From an uncultured Pseudomonadota bacterium (GTDB lineage: Bacteria; Oederibacteriota; Muellerivitia; Muellerivitales; Muellerivitaceae), in the NCBI GenBank assembly GCA_963770835.1, contig CAVYRH010000002.1, forward strand, positions 160,001-224,000: DNA of 64,000 nt. Direction: 5' to 3'. The notes beneath the pieces are model-generated. The model searched no databases and had not been told where the DNA came from. It saw nothing but the letters and a program-made list of their open reading frames with translations. Made by a program: the position numbers and the translations under genes. Positions 30,045 to 40,111 of this stretch are shown piece after piece (position 1 is the first letter of the stretch; each line of letters begins with the position of its first letter).

Positions 30045-30466
30045 TCAGGCCGCCGCCTTCTCCAATTTGGTTTTAAAAATAAAGTCCATCGCGGCCTGGG
30101 CCTTTGCCGCCGCTGACAAAATGGCCCGCTTGTCATCCTTCAAGACCCGAATCCAATCCCCGATGTAATCAGAGTGCTGGGTGGCATAGGGGATTCCGAC
30201 CGAGGCGCAAAGGAAAGCCGCCCCCATTTCCGCCACCAGTTCCTCGAAAGCGTAGGCCCTGTCCCCGAAACGCTTCCCGTTTTCCCGGTCCAGGCGGCTC
30301 CCGTGGCCGGTCCAATGATGTTGATTCCCCGGTAGGGTTTCCTCGTGCTGGCGTTGACGGGAAGGGGAAGCCCCCTTCCCTCCCCCCAGGGCTTCTCCCA
30401 AGGGGCGACACCCCGCCCCAAATCCCCCAAAACCCTGCTGGTGATTTCCTCCGCAATGTTCCTCAT
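30045..30466 (-). pseudogene. ardC: ArdC-like antirestriction protein with internal deletion
   Basis: N-terminus EITSRVL..GVAPWEKPW..PVNASTRKPYRGIN joined out of frame to the C-terminus HWTGHGSRLDR..YAFEELVAEMGAAFLC..AAAKAQAA. Confidence 0.85.
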
Positions 30467-30960
30467 TTCTTTTCCTCCCATCTGTGCCCCGGCTACTAGC
30501 TGGGGCAAACGGTTTGATTGTGCCGGGCCTCAAACAAAGGCCCGGCTTAAGTTCCTTAAAGTGACTCAACAAGCCTTTGGAACTCCAAAAGCTCCAAGGG
30601 GTCCAGGGCGCATCCCACCGCCCCCAGAAACTCCGCCTCGGTCAGGCCGTCTTTCGAGTCCACCAGGGCGCGGTTCTCCATGGTCCTCCATCTCGTAAAA
30701 GAAGAAGCCTCCGGCCCTCCTTCCCAAAGTGGATTTCGTACCGGCCCCAAACCTTGAAGCTCCCAGACCCGAAACGATGGATGCGCCATAACCCCTCCTC
30801 AAAAACTCCAACCTTCCTCAAGCTTCCGGATGACCCGGTCGATCTCCTCATCCGAAACCTTCCAGTCCCCTTTGGGCCTTCGGCTCCTCGGCCTGACCCC
30901 CCTTCCGGTTTTCTTTCCTGCTTCTTTTCCTCTTCCATTCCCATCACCCCCTTTCTTTTT

Positions 30961-31835
30961 GGTTTTTTTTGATGGCTTCGCATTCAAAAAACCGCCTTCC
31001 CCCTCCCCCCTCAAAAACCAGAGGGGGGAGGGGAAGGCAAAGCGGGAGTTTTGGGAGATCGTGAGTGGAAAGCGCGAAACTGCCGGAGGGAGAAAAAGGA
31101 AGGCCACCCTTTACTTTTGTGCGCCGCGCCTTTTGCTGGCGCAAAAGTTGCCGTGCAAGGGTGGCCGTGTAAGTAAACAAAGCCCTATGGGGCCTCGGGA
31201 CGGGCTCCCGAAACTATCCGTCGTCCAAAGACCTCAAGTCCCGGACTTCACTGTCTGCTTTGGAGTTTGCTTTTAAACAGCCAAGGAAGGAACGAGCCAG
31301 ATCTACCGGGAAGGTTTGAAAGGAATCCCCGCTACCCGAAGGCCCTTTCCCCGGCGGCAAACCGAGGCGGTTTTTTCATGTCACGCCGAAATTTGCCGCT
31401 GGGGAAAGGGCTTACTGAGGCCTCAAACGCCCCATCCATTTATCGGCGGCGTGCCAGGGCCGCATTTGGCGGTGGCCCAGGCGTGCCGCCGCCTTTGCGG
31501 GGGGACCAATCCGAAATCCCCCTCACCGGATTGTCGACTCCAAAACACCTTCCCCCGGAGGGCTAACTTACTTTGGCTGGCGGGCAAACCGGTGAGGGGG
31601 ATTTCGGCTTGGTGGGGACCCCAAAGGAAAATGGATGGGAGGTGTGTCCGTGAACACCAAACCCCCAAGCGCGGTTTTGGGAGTCAAAGAGGGGCTTTAC
31701 CCCTCTTTTAGGGGTTTGGGGGCGACGCCCCCCAAGGAAAGGGGTGGGCCAAGATCATCCCACAGTCTTTGTGGGATAGCTTGGCCCAGGGGGAAGGCCC
31801 ACGTTCCAAGGCGCTTTCCCTTGGAACGTTCCCCC
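30961..31835. other. Highly palindromic non-coding tract (candidate oriT / single-strand origin / ssDNA promoter, or large ncRNA)
   Basis: About ten long GC-rich inverted repeats, some nested; no convincing ORF. Confidence 0.6.
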
Positions 31836-31861
31836 AAACAAACAAAACACTGAATCGCCTA

Positions 31862-33128
31862 TGACCGGCCCCCCAAGTTTGTGCCACCAATTAAGTCACT
31901 CCCGGAGTAGGAGTTCCTGAGGTCGTCATGGGCAAGGTGTTGCCTTTGGGCCCCATGACGACCGCCTCCGGGGCAGGCGGTTTATACCCCAGAGAGCTGT
32001 GCGGCCGTTTCGTATTGTACTCCTTCCTCCACCTCTCAGCGAGCACTCGGCCTTCCCACACCGTGTCGAGCAGTTCGCCGTTCAATAGTTCGTCCCTGAA
32101 TTTGCCGTTGAAGCTTTCGTTATAGCCGTTCTCCCAAGGGCTTCCCGGTTCGATGAAAAGGGTCTTTACTCCCACCTTCGGGAGCCAGTCCTTCACCCTC
32201 TCCGCTGTGAATTCAGGCCCATTGTCGGAGCGGATGTGCTCCGGCACTCCCCGTTGGACGAACAAGTCCGTCAGCACTGCCTGCACGTCGTCCGCCGTAA
32301 ACTTCCGAGCTACCGGCAGGGCCAGGCATTCACGGGTGAACTCATCGATCAGCGTCAGGAACCGAAGAGGCCGTCCGTCGCTGGTCCTCTCGGCGACGAA
32401 GTCATAGCTCCAAACGTGGTTGGGGTGTTCCGCCCTCAACCTGACACAGGAACCATCCGTAAACCACAACCTCCTTCGTTTCGGCTGTTTTTTCGGTACT
32501 TTCAACCCTTCCTGCTTCCAAATCCTTTCCACCCGCTTCTTGTTGACCCTCCAGCCCTCCTCCTGAAGCATCTTGGTAATCCGCTTATACCCATACCGCC
32601 CGTACTGGCAGGCCAGCCGGAGAATGGCGGTCGTCAGGAGGTCCTCATCGGGCAGGATCTGAGGGATATATCGCTGGGTGCTCCGGGGTTGGCCGAGGGC
32701 CCGGCATACGCGCCGCTGGGAGGCTCGGTGGGTTTCACACGCTTCCCGAACCGCTTTTCGGCGCTTTTCCGGGCTTAGGAGTTTCCCCGGGCCAAGTCTT
32801 TCAGGATGCGGTTATCCAGGGAGAGGTCGGCCACCACCCGCTTGAGCTGGGTATTCTCTTTCTCCAATTCCTTTAGGCGTTTGGCCTGGTCCAGCTTGAG
32901 ACCGCCGTATTCTTTTCGCCAGCGGTAGTAGGTATGTGGGGTTATTTGAAGCTCACGGCAGACTTCTTCAACAGCACGGCCTTTGGACTGCTCAACCTCG
33001 GCCTGGCGCAACATGGAAATGATCTGCTCGGCGTTGTGTTTCTTCCTTGGCATAAATGCCCCCTTTTTCTTGGCCCATTATAGAAAAGTATGACTTTTCA
33101 ACTGGACCAGGTTGAGGGGGGCGGGTCA
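31862..33128 (-). mobile_element. IS3-family insertion sequence
   Basis: Terminal IRs TGACCGGCCCCCCAA / TGACCCGCCCCCCTCAA; orfA and orfB with GGGAAAC slippery site at 32781-32787; no target duplication. Confidence 0.93.
31891..33053 (-). CDS. IS3 transposase OrfAB (-1 programmed frameshift)
   Basis: OrfA HTH 32775-33053; OrfB DDE motifs WSYDF, SDNGPEF, ENGYNESFNG. Confidence 0.92.
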
Positions 33129-33432
33129 AAGAAGGGTCGGAGACCATGAAATCATCAACAAAACAAACTTTTCCGCCCGGGTTATAGACTGGCGGGGAAT
33201 TGACGACGGCCCCAATGATGAAACCGTTGATCTTTTGCGCACCATCCCCATATATCAAGGCGATCACGTTCTCCTTCGACAGGAAGTCTTTCAAAAAAAC
33301 GGTTTGCAACTCAACTGCGCCTTCAGCCTCTTTATGGAATTGTGGCTGGTAATTTTCATACTGCTTTCTTTTGAGGGCGGAAAGGGACGCAATGATCTTT
33401 ACATCATCGGTGGTAGCTTTTCGGATAGTCAT
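33129..33432 (-). pseudogene. GNAT acetyltransferase truncated by IS3
   Basis: MTIRKATTDD...PPVYNPGGKVCFVDDFMV, ending at the IS3 IR. Confidence 0.8.
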
Positions 33433-33464
33433 TCTCTTCTCCTGATGGACTTAAACCGTAAATC

Positions 33465-33496
33465 ATTGTCCACGATGGCTCCCCGTCGTGGACAAC
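33465..33496 (-). repeat. 32-bp palindromic site A
   Basis: GTTGTCCACGACGGG-GA-GCCATCGTGGACAAT, 4 nt after the PIN stop codon. Confidence 0.85.
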
Positions 33497-33500
33497 CAGC

Positions 33501-33902
33501 CTATAGGTTTTTCAGAAAATTGGACGGATTCACGACTTTTACATTTTGGTAAACCCCAACATCCAACAAAGCATTATCACCCGAGACGATGAATTCAGCG
33601 CCCCCCGCCAATGCCGCTGCAATAAACTTATCATCATCTGGGTCTTTGCAAATACCTTGGACAGGCTTGGCGTTCACCAGTTCGCAATTCAACTCGATGA
33701 TTTCAAGTATGGTCCCAACCTCAACGCCAGGGTGTCGTTTAGCTAAGTCTTCCAAAACGCGGTGGTACTCCTCAAGGATTTCCGGGGATGCCAATAACTT
33801 GAAGTCACCTCGTTCCCAAGATTCAATGACTTGGTAAGGCTTCCCCTTCCAGAAGATTCCAGAAACAAGAACATTCGTGTCTATTACAACAATCCTTTTC
33901 AT
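33501..33902 (-). CDS. PIN-domain toxin
   Basis: VVIDTNVLVS, EILEEY, DPDDDKFI, IVSGD. Confidence 0.92.
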   Translation of the reverse strand: MKRIVVIDTNVLVSGIFWKGKPYQVIESWERGDFKLLASPEILEEYHRVLEDLAKRHPGVEVGTILEIIELNCELVNAKPVQGICKDPDDDKFIAAALAGGAEFIVSGDNALLDVGVYQNVKVVNPSNFLKNL

Positions 33903-34159
33903 TTACCGCGCCGGACACGGGTTATGGCGGTCTTCACGTCCGACGGACGCAATCCAGCTTCACTCGCTTGCTTTCGTGCGGTGGCAAGTAAACCGCCCAG
34001 ATGGCTTAAGGATGGCGGGGTGATCGCTCTGAAAATCACCGAATCACCTTGGCCGACAACGACGAACTGATCCCCTTCTTTGAGATGCAGACTTTTGCGG
34101 ATGGATTCGGGAATAACTACCTGCCCTTTCGAGGAAAGCTTTGTGGTTGCTATGGTCAT
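33899..34159 (-). CDS. AbrB/MazE-type antitoxin
   Basis: TTKLSSKGQVVIPESIRKSLHL; own promoter TTGAAA-N17-TATTCT (34188-34216) and operator-like palindrome CCAGTAAGATTACTGG. Confidence 0.92.
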   Translation of the reverse strand: MTIATTKLSSKGQVVIPESIRKSLHLKEGDQFVVVGQGDSVIFRAITPPSLSHLGGLLATARKQASEAGLRPSDVKTAITRVRRGK

Positions 34160-34246
34160 AGGTCACCTCCCAGTAATCTTACTGGTAAGAATATACGTAA
34201 ATCCAGGTCATTTCAACTGTCTGTTTTCATGTCCAATAGGGGTCCC

Positions 34247-36187
34247 GTAGGGTCGAGGACTGGTGCGGTGGCCTTCTGGCTCCGTTTCCAGTCCCCGCCT
34301 CCTCGAACGTAGCGTGCGGATTTCCCGCACTACGCTCACCTGTTGCTTTCCTGTCAAAGTTTATGTGACCTATCAGACGGGTAGCGCTTTCGGTTCTTGG
34401 TAATATCGTATTTGGTAGCTTCTGTACAACCCCAGATACTTATATATCCACTCCCTACTCCACCTATCCCGCCCAAAACCGTCGAGCTTCTTCGCACGCA
34501 TCATATGCCGTCTGATTTTATTCTCGACCCATCTTTCCACGTAGTTAAAACAGCGCCTAGAATTCCCTATCCGAAAGTAATTCACCCACCCACGCAGTTT
34601 GGGATTGATAATCTCAATCACCCTCTGCACCGGCTGAGATTGGAAGCTTCCAAATGTTTCCTTGAGCTTACCCAGAAGTGTTGCTCGCGCCTTCATTTTC
34701 GGCGTGAACTTCACCCCCCATTTCCCTCGACGGGTTTTCACCTGTCGAAAGTCAAACCCCAGAAACCCGAAACTTTCACCTTTCGTTAAGTCTGCTATCC
34801 GCGTCTTGTCCGTGTTGATTTGCAAGTCGAGCTTGGTCAATTCTTCAAGTAACCTTCGGTAGGCAGCCTTTGCCAACCATTCCCATTGCGGATATCCATT
34901 AACAAGGATCACCATATCGTCAGCGAACCTCGCATATTCGATATAGTTGTTCTTCCCTTGCCGAGTCACTTCTTTTGCCTTTTCCAGCATCTTATCCACC
35001 TCGTTGAGGTAGAGATTAGCCAGAAGAGGGGAAATAACCCCTCCCTGCGGGACTCCTCTTTTGCCGCTGGCCTTCAGGATCATCCTCAACAATCTCAACA
35101 CCGTTTCATCCTCAACCCTTCGGGCAACTTTCTTCATCAGAAGGTCGTGCCTTACCGTGTCGAAATATGCCTTGAGGTCTACATCAATGACTCGGGTTTT
35201 TCTACAGACGATTGCCGATGCTACCCTGTTCACAGCCGCATGAGCGGTCCGCTTGGGTCGATACCCATAGGACCCTTCTTGAAAATCGGCCTCAAAAATC
35301 GGTTCCAGAATAAACTTCAGTGCTCCCTGGACTACTCTATCCCGAATGTTGGGTATCCCAAGGACTCTTACCTTCCCATTTCCCTTGGGTATTTCCTTCT
35401 TCCGGTTTCGAACGGGCTTATACGTGCCTTGAACTAATTCACCCCGGATGCTTTCCAGAAACGACTCCACTCCGGCCTCCTCAATGGCATCAAACGTCAC
35501 CCCATCTATTCCAGGGGCTCCGTTATTTACCTTAGCCATTCGGTAAGCCTGTTGAAGCGTTTCCATCTTGCAAACATGGGTGTACAGTCCCCAGAAACTC
35601 CAGTTCTTTTCAGCCTTCGCTTTGACGTATATCTCTCGTCTCAGGTCTTGCAGGTTAATTGACGTCTTTTTCATACCGTCACTGCCTTCCGTTTTGTCGA
35701 GGGACTTAACAACAGCAGGGTTCCTTCGCTCCACGGGCATTACCCCGCTTCATCGCTACCATGAACCCATCCTAAACCCTCTCACCTTCGACCGTTTTCC
35801 CGCGTCACGGTTATACGGCCTACCTTTCTCCAAGCATTTCTGCCTGGGGCAAGGAGGGTTTCTCCAGTTGCTTGGCGTGTCCTTGTCTTCGTGCCGTTGC
35901 TATCACCCCGTCGGAGTGTTCCAGCGCTTCAGCCATTTCTCCGCGCTGTCCCATGATGCTTTCGTCCCACGACGGCGGACTCAGCCTCCGAGGCAAGTGT
36001 TTTCGGGGCCACCTGTGCATTTACTTTCGTTACGGCCCGACGACTCGCTCACCATCCTTTCGATGGCTTTGTTGATGGGCTTCAGGCATTTGGTTTCCCG
36101 CTTGCCTGCCATCCTAGCTAATGGGCTTTGGCTATTACCCATGCAAGACTATCTCTTGCTGAACACACCTGCCTTTTCTGGACGCAC
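34247..36187 (-). mobile_element. Group II intron 1
   Basis: 5' GTGCG; domain V (GAGCGTAGTGCGGGAAATCCGCACGCTACGTTC) and domain VI ending CCCTAC; RT ORF; EBS1 loop at 35968-35974. Confidence 0.93.
34373..35674 (-). CDS. Group II intron reverse transcriptase/maturase
   Basis: APGIDG, LGIPNIRDRVVQ, DLKAYFD, PQGGVISPLLAN, RFADD, GWVNYF; no endonuclease domain. Confidence 0.95.
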   Translation of the reverse strand: MKKTSINLQDLRREIYVKAKAEKNWSFWGLYTHVCKMETLQQAYRMAKVNNGAPGIDGVTFDAIEEAGVESFLESIRGELVQGTYKPVRNRKKEIPKGNGKVRVLGIPNIRDRVVQGALKFILEPIFEADFQEGSYGYRPKRTAHAAVNRVASAIVCRKTRVIDVDLKAYFDTVRHDLLMKKVARRVEDETVLRLLRMILKASGKRGVPQGGVISPLLANLYLNEVDKMLEKAKEVTRQGKNNYIEYARFADDMVILVNGYPQWEWLAKAAYRRLLEELTKLDLQINTDKTRIADLTKGESFGFLGFDFRQVKTRRGKWGVKFTPKMKARATLLGKLKETFGSFQSQPVQRVIEIINPKLRGWVNYFRIGNSRRCFNYVERWVENKIRRHMMRAKKLDGFGRDRWSREWIYKYLGLYRSYQIRYYQEPKALPV

Positions 36188-36221
36188 CGTCGTGGACAAC
36201 CTCAAAAGCGACTTTGATTTT

Positions 36222-36818
36222 TCACCTTTTGTTAAATAATTCTTTGATCGTCTTAATGGGCAAAAATAAGGTTTTAGGATCGCTCGACAATGGGACAAAC
36301 CCATATTTCCGATAAAATCGGACGGCGTTTTCATCCTTGGCGTCAACCACCACGGCATATATGCCAACTTCTTCCGATAAGCGATCGGCCTTGCCAAGGG
36401 CATTCCATAAAAGCTCTCCCCCGATTCCTTGGCCTTTGTGATGCTTGTCTACCCCTAACCTTCCAATTCTAACGGCAGGGACGGGATAGCGAGGTAGGTG
36501 TTTAGAGTGGATTGCAGGAATACTTTGGGCGTCAATCTCGGAAGCAACAAGGGTGTAAAAGCCCAATGCCTTCCGGCCCCCCTGCGCCGAGGTCTCAAAC
36601 CGAGGCTCTCGCTTGGGTTGTGCCGGTTCCAAATGGGAACCGGCCCCGCCCTTTTCCACGGCCACAAAAGTTTTGCTGATATTCCGATCGTGATTTTGCC
36701 GGGCGTATTTTTGGAGATAGTCATTCAGGGCCGGTGCGCCGCAATCGAAAGACCCCAAGTCCAAATGGCGGGATATTGGCTGAATGTCCATATTCAAAGG
36801 TTTTTCAGAATGGCTCAA
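36222..36818 (-). CDS. GNAT toxin (TacT/AtaT type)
   Basis: FDCGAPALNDYL, LPRYPVPAVRIGRLGVD, GQGIG, VVDAKDENAVRFYRKYGF. Confidence 0.9.
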   Translation of the reverse strand: MSHSEKPLNMDIQPISRHLDLGSFDCGAPALNDYLQKYARQNHDRNISKTFVAVEKGGAGSHLEPAQPKREPRFETSAQGGRKALGFYTLVASEIDAQSIPAIHSKHLPRYPVPAVRIGRLGVDKHHKGQGIGGELLWNALGKADRLSEEVGIYAVVVDAKDENAVRFYRKYGFVPLSSDPKTLFLPIKTIKELFNKR

Positions 36819-37090
36819 GCGCGGCTATGCTTCTTGGCGAGGGCCAAAAGGGCCTTAGTGGGGCGGGGCGGATGCTCCATGACTTTCATGAAGGAATTCC
36901 ACTCGTTTTCCGAAAGGGTGATGCGGCTTTGGGCCGTAAGCCCTTCCTGGGCGGCTTTCAAAGAATTAAAAAGCATGAAGGCGCTGAGACTTAGCCCGAA
37001 GATCGAGGCGGCTTTTTCAAGCATGGCCTTGTCCTTCGGTCGGATGCGAATTTCGATTCGTTGTTCCCTTGATTGCGTTTCCGTCGCCAT
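36815..37090 (-). CDS. DUF1778 (TacA/AtaR-type) antitoxin
   Basis: REQRIEIR..KAMLEKAA..LSAFM..ITLS..WNSF..HPPRPT; own promoter TGGACA-N17-TATACT (37116-37144). Confidence 0.9.
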   Translation of the reverse strand: MATETQSREQRIEIRIRPKDKAMLEKAASIFGLSLSAFMLFNSLKAAQEGLTAQSRITLSENEWNSFMKVMEHPPRPTKALLALAKKHSRA

Positions 37091-37314
37091 AAACCCTCCT
37101 TATACCTTTAAAAGAAGTATACATTAACGTACGGATGATGTCCACACATAAGGTGTAGAGTAGAACACAGGCGCAGTAATGTGCAGGTTAACCCTTGGCT
37201 TGTTTCCCTGTTTCCAGTTCCGTGCCCGTTTAGGATCGCCCATCATTCCGTTTCCTGCATCCCCTCATCAAACCGTACGTGACCTTTTCGATCATACGGC
37301 TTTCCGACAACCTT

Positions 37315-38595
37315 TCATCCGGCGGCATACGAGCTAAAAGTTGGAATCCAGTTCAAACCAAGGCGTTTCACTTCCTCGATCGGCCATGTTCGTCCTTCCC
37401 AGGCGTACTTACGCCTCCGGAACAAAGTCAGCCTCTCCAGTACGTAAAATTGGAGCTTAGAAAAGTACTGCTGGCTATCCCCGATACGAAAATAGTTGGC
37501 CCATCCCCTCAACACCGGGTTCAAAGCCTTCGCTAAATCCTCCATTGGAGATAAGAGTCGCTCTCGGCCCGCCGTCATCTGCTTCACCTTCTCGGCGATT
37601 TTCTTCATAGCCTTCCGACTCGGCCAGCTCAGGCAACAGGTCTTTCCCAATCCTACCACTGGCATACCTACTTGAAAATGAAACCCCAGGAAGTCAAAAC
37701 CTTCCTTTGCAGGCCCCATTTCCACCAGCCGTGTCTTTTCCGGGTGCAGTTCGAGCCCCATACGTCCCATCAATTGCTTGATGACCTCCAGGCTCTTTTC
37801 CGCATTGGCTTGGCTACCGCACAGCACCACAAAATCATCTGCGTACCGTACCAGCCTTCCCAATTTCCTGTGCCTCTTATTCCAAACCTTGTCCAACAAG
37901 TGGAGGTAAACATTGGATAACAGCGGTGAAATTACTCCGCCTTGGGGCGTCCCTTGGACGGTCGGCCTAAGCCTACCTTCCTCAAACACACCCGCCTTCA
38001 GCCACCCTTGGATCAGGTTCAAAATATTCCTGTCACTGACCCTCTGGCGCACTAGCACCATCAGTTTGTCATGGTCGATGGAATCGAAATACTTCCTGAT
38101 GTCTCCATCCACTACCCATGTGTACCCCCCGTTGATCCACTTCTTGATCTCCCGGTGGGCCTGTTGGGCTCCGCGTTTTGGCCGAAATCCAAACGAGCCT
38201 TCCAGAAAGTCCGCCTCAAAAATAGGTTCTACCACCTTCCGGCAAGCCGCTTGGACTACCCGATCCCGGATTACCGGAATTCCCAACGGTCTCTTACTTC
38301 CGTCAGGCTTGGGTATTTCCACTCGTCTCACCGGCTTAGGCCGGTACTTCCCAGATTTGAGTTCCTCCTGGATTCCCTTCAGGAATGGAATAATCCCTAC
38401 CTTCTTTTCAATCCATTCCAGTGTTTCCCCGTCCACTCCTCCTTGGCCTTTGTTAGCCTTCACCTGTTTCCATGCCGCTACCAGGACATCCCATCGGGTC
38501 ATCCTGTCGTACAGCACATGGAACCTTCGGTTCGGGCTCCTCTTGGCCGCTCGGTATAGCTCCCTTTGAAGGATTCGCGCCTTGTCTTCGGAGAT
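37315..38595 (-). pseudogene. Group II intron RT/maturase, N-terminus cut off by the IS
   Basis: GVDG, LGIPVIRDRVVQ, PQGGVISPLLSN, RYADD; removing the IS restores ..PTTD|ISEDKARILQRELYRAAK. Confidence 0.88.
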
Positions 38596-40111
38596 AACAT
38601 GAATGAGCCAGCGGCCTGCGTAAAATAAAACGGGCCTTGTTGAAGGGCCCTAATTCGCGGGTTGCTCCTTGAGGGAGCCTATCCGCATACGGAGGGCTGG
38701 CTCATGGAAAATAATATCACGGTGGTCGGGTTGGATGTCCATAAGGATACGGTGGTAGGTGCGGTCCTGCCGGCTAGGGCCGAAAATGTGAAGGATATTT
38801 TTACAATCGAGAACACCCCAAAAGCATTGGGGAAAATGCTGGGTAAGTACGAAGGACGAGGGTCAATAACGTTTGTGTACGAGGCGGGCCCTTGTGGATA
38901 TGACATCCACCGGCAATTAACCCAAAAGGGGTTGAAGTGCGTCGTAATCGCCCCTGGGAAAATTCCAGTGAAAGCCGGGGATCGGGTGAAGACAGACCGC
39001 CGAGATGCGGAAAAGTTGGCCCGTCTTTGGAGGGCGGGAGAGCTGACGGAAGTGCGGGTTCCGACCATCCAAGAGGAAGCCTGTCGGGATCTGGTTCGAG
39101 TTCGTGAGGATGCCCTAGAAGACCGGCAAAAGGCCCGGCACCGGTTGTCGAATTTCTTTCTTCGGCAAGGTCGTATCTTTCGAGAAGCTAAGAATTGGAG
39201 ATCAGCCCATGAGGCATGGCTGAAAACCCAAAAGTTCGAACCTCTGGAACTGCATGAGACTTTCGAGGCATATGTCCGCGGGAAGCAAGAGGCAGATGAG
39301 CGGTTGAGGAGTTTGACGAGCCGAGTGGAGGAGATGGCCAGCCAAGAACCCTACAGGAAACTGGTCAAGCATTTGAGGTGCCTGAAAGGGGTTGATACCT
39401 TGAGCGCCATGACCTTGGCGGTGGAAGGCCAAGATTTGAGGCGATTTGAGAGCGCTCGTAATTTCATGGGTTACGCGGGTTTGGGGATATGTGAAAGCAG
39501 TTCAGGTGGAAAAATCCGTCGGGGAGGAATCACCAAGACCGGGAACGCCCATTTGAGACGGATTCTTGTGGAATCGGCTTGGAGTTACCGCCATGGGAAG
39601 TCGGTCGGCGTGGTTTTAGAAAAAAGGCGGGAGGGTTGTCCGGTGGAGATTTTAAAGATCGCCCGCAGAGCACAGGATCGTCTGTACAAAAAGTTTCTAA
39701 AAATGACCCAACGTAACAAGCCCATCCAAAAAGTAGTGGTGGCCGTAGCCCGGGAGTTGGCTGGATTTGTGTGGGCCATCGCCCAGGAAACAACAGGAAT
39801 GGTTTAACAAGGTCATGAAGGAAGAACCCTGTTTCCGGAAGCTTGGCAACGATTTGGAGAACCCTCGGTACAACTCTGTGGCGCAAAGGCCTAAGCCTGC
39901 GACGACCCACGATCAGAGATCGAGGCAGCTCCCGACGAATGAAAATCTTGCGTCCCTGGAACCAGCAATGGGTCTAACACGCGAATATCAGTTTGATTCA
40001 TCGTCGAAACAAGCCGGGCTTTCGAGATCAGGGCTTTTCGCAGGGCCTTGAGGTGGAAAAGAGTAGGATAAAACCAAAGGAAAAACCAGCGGGCTTGACT
40101 GGCTCATTCAT
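38596..40111 (+). mobile_element. IS110 family, IS1111-type insertion sequence
   Basis: IRs ATGAATGAGCCA (38599-38610) and TGGCTCATTCAT (40100-40111); ~300-nt non-coding region 3' of the transposase; no target duplication. Confidence 0.88.
38704..39807 (+). CDS. IS110-family DEDD transposase/recombinase
   Basis: VGLDVHKD, YEAGPCG, VKTDRRDA, ESSSGG..GGITKTGNAHLRRILVESAW. Confidence 0.95.
   Translation: MENNITVVGLDVHKDTVVGAVLPARAENVKDIFTIENTPKALGKMLGKYEGRGSITFVYEAGPCGYDIHRQLTQKGLKCVVIAPGKIPVKAGDRVKTDRRDAEKLARLWRAGELTEVRVPTIQEEACRDLVRVREDALEDRQKARHRLSNFFLRQGRIFREAKNWRSAHEAWLKTQKFEPLELHETFEAYVRGKQEADERLRSLTSRVEEMASQEPYRKLVKHLRCLKGVDTLSAMTLAVEGQDLRRFESARNFMGYAGLGICESSSGGKIRRGGITKTGNAHLRRILVESAWSYRHGKSVGVVLEKRREGCPVEILKIARRAQDRLYKKFLKMTQRNKPIQKVVVAVARELAGFVWAIAQETTGMV

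Larger units (their letters stand above)
34228..36200 (-). repeat. 32-bp palindromic site B, split by group II intron 1
   Basis: 36188-36200 GTTGTCCACGACG plus 34228-34246 GGGACCCCTATTGGACATG. Confidence 0.8.

Noticed and set aside
30556..30940. Fragmented ORF upstream of ardC
   Set aside because: Probably a real hypothetical gene broken by indels, but its boundaries cannot be fixed
34373..38595. RT genes as a retron, DGR or defence RT
   Set aside because: Both have domain X and flanking domain V/VI and 5' intron boundaries; no TR/VR or msr-msd evident
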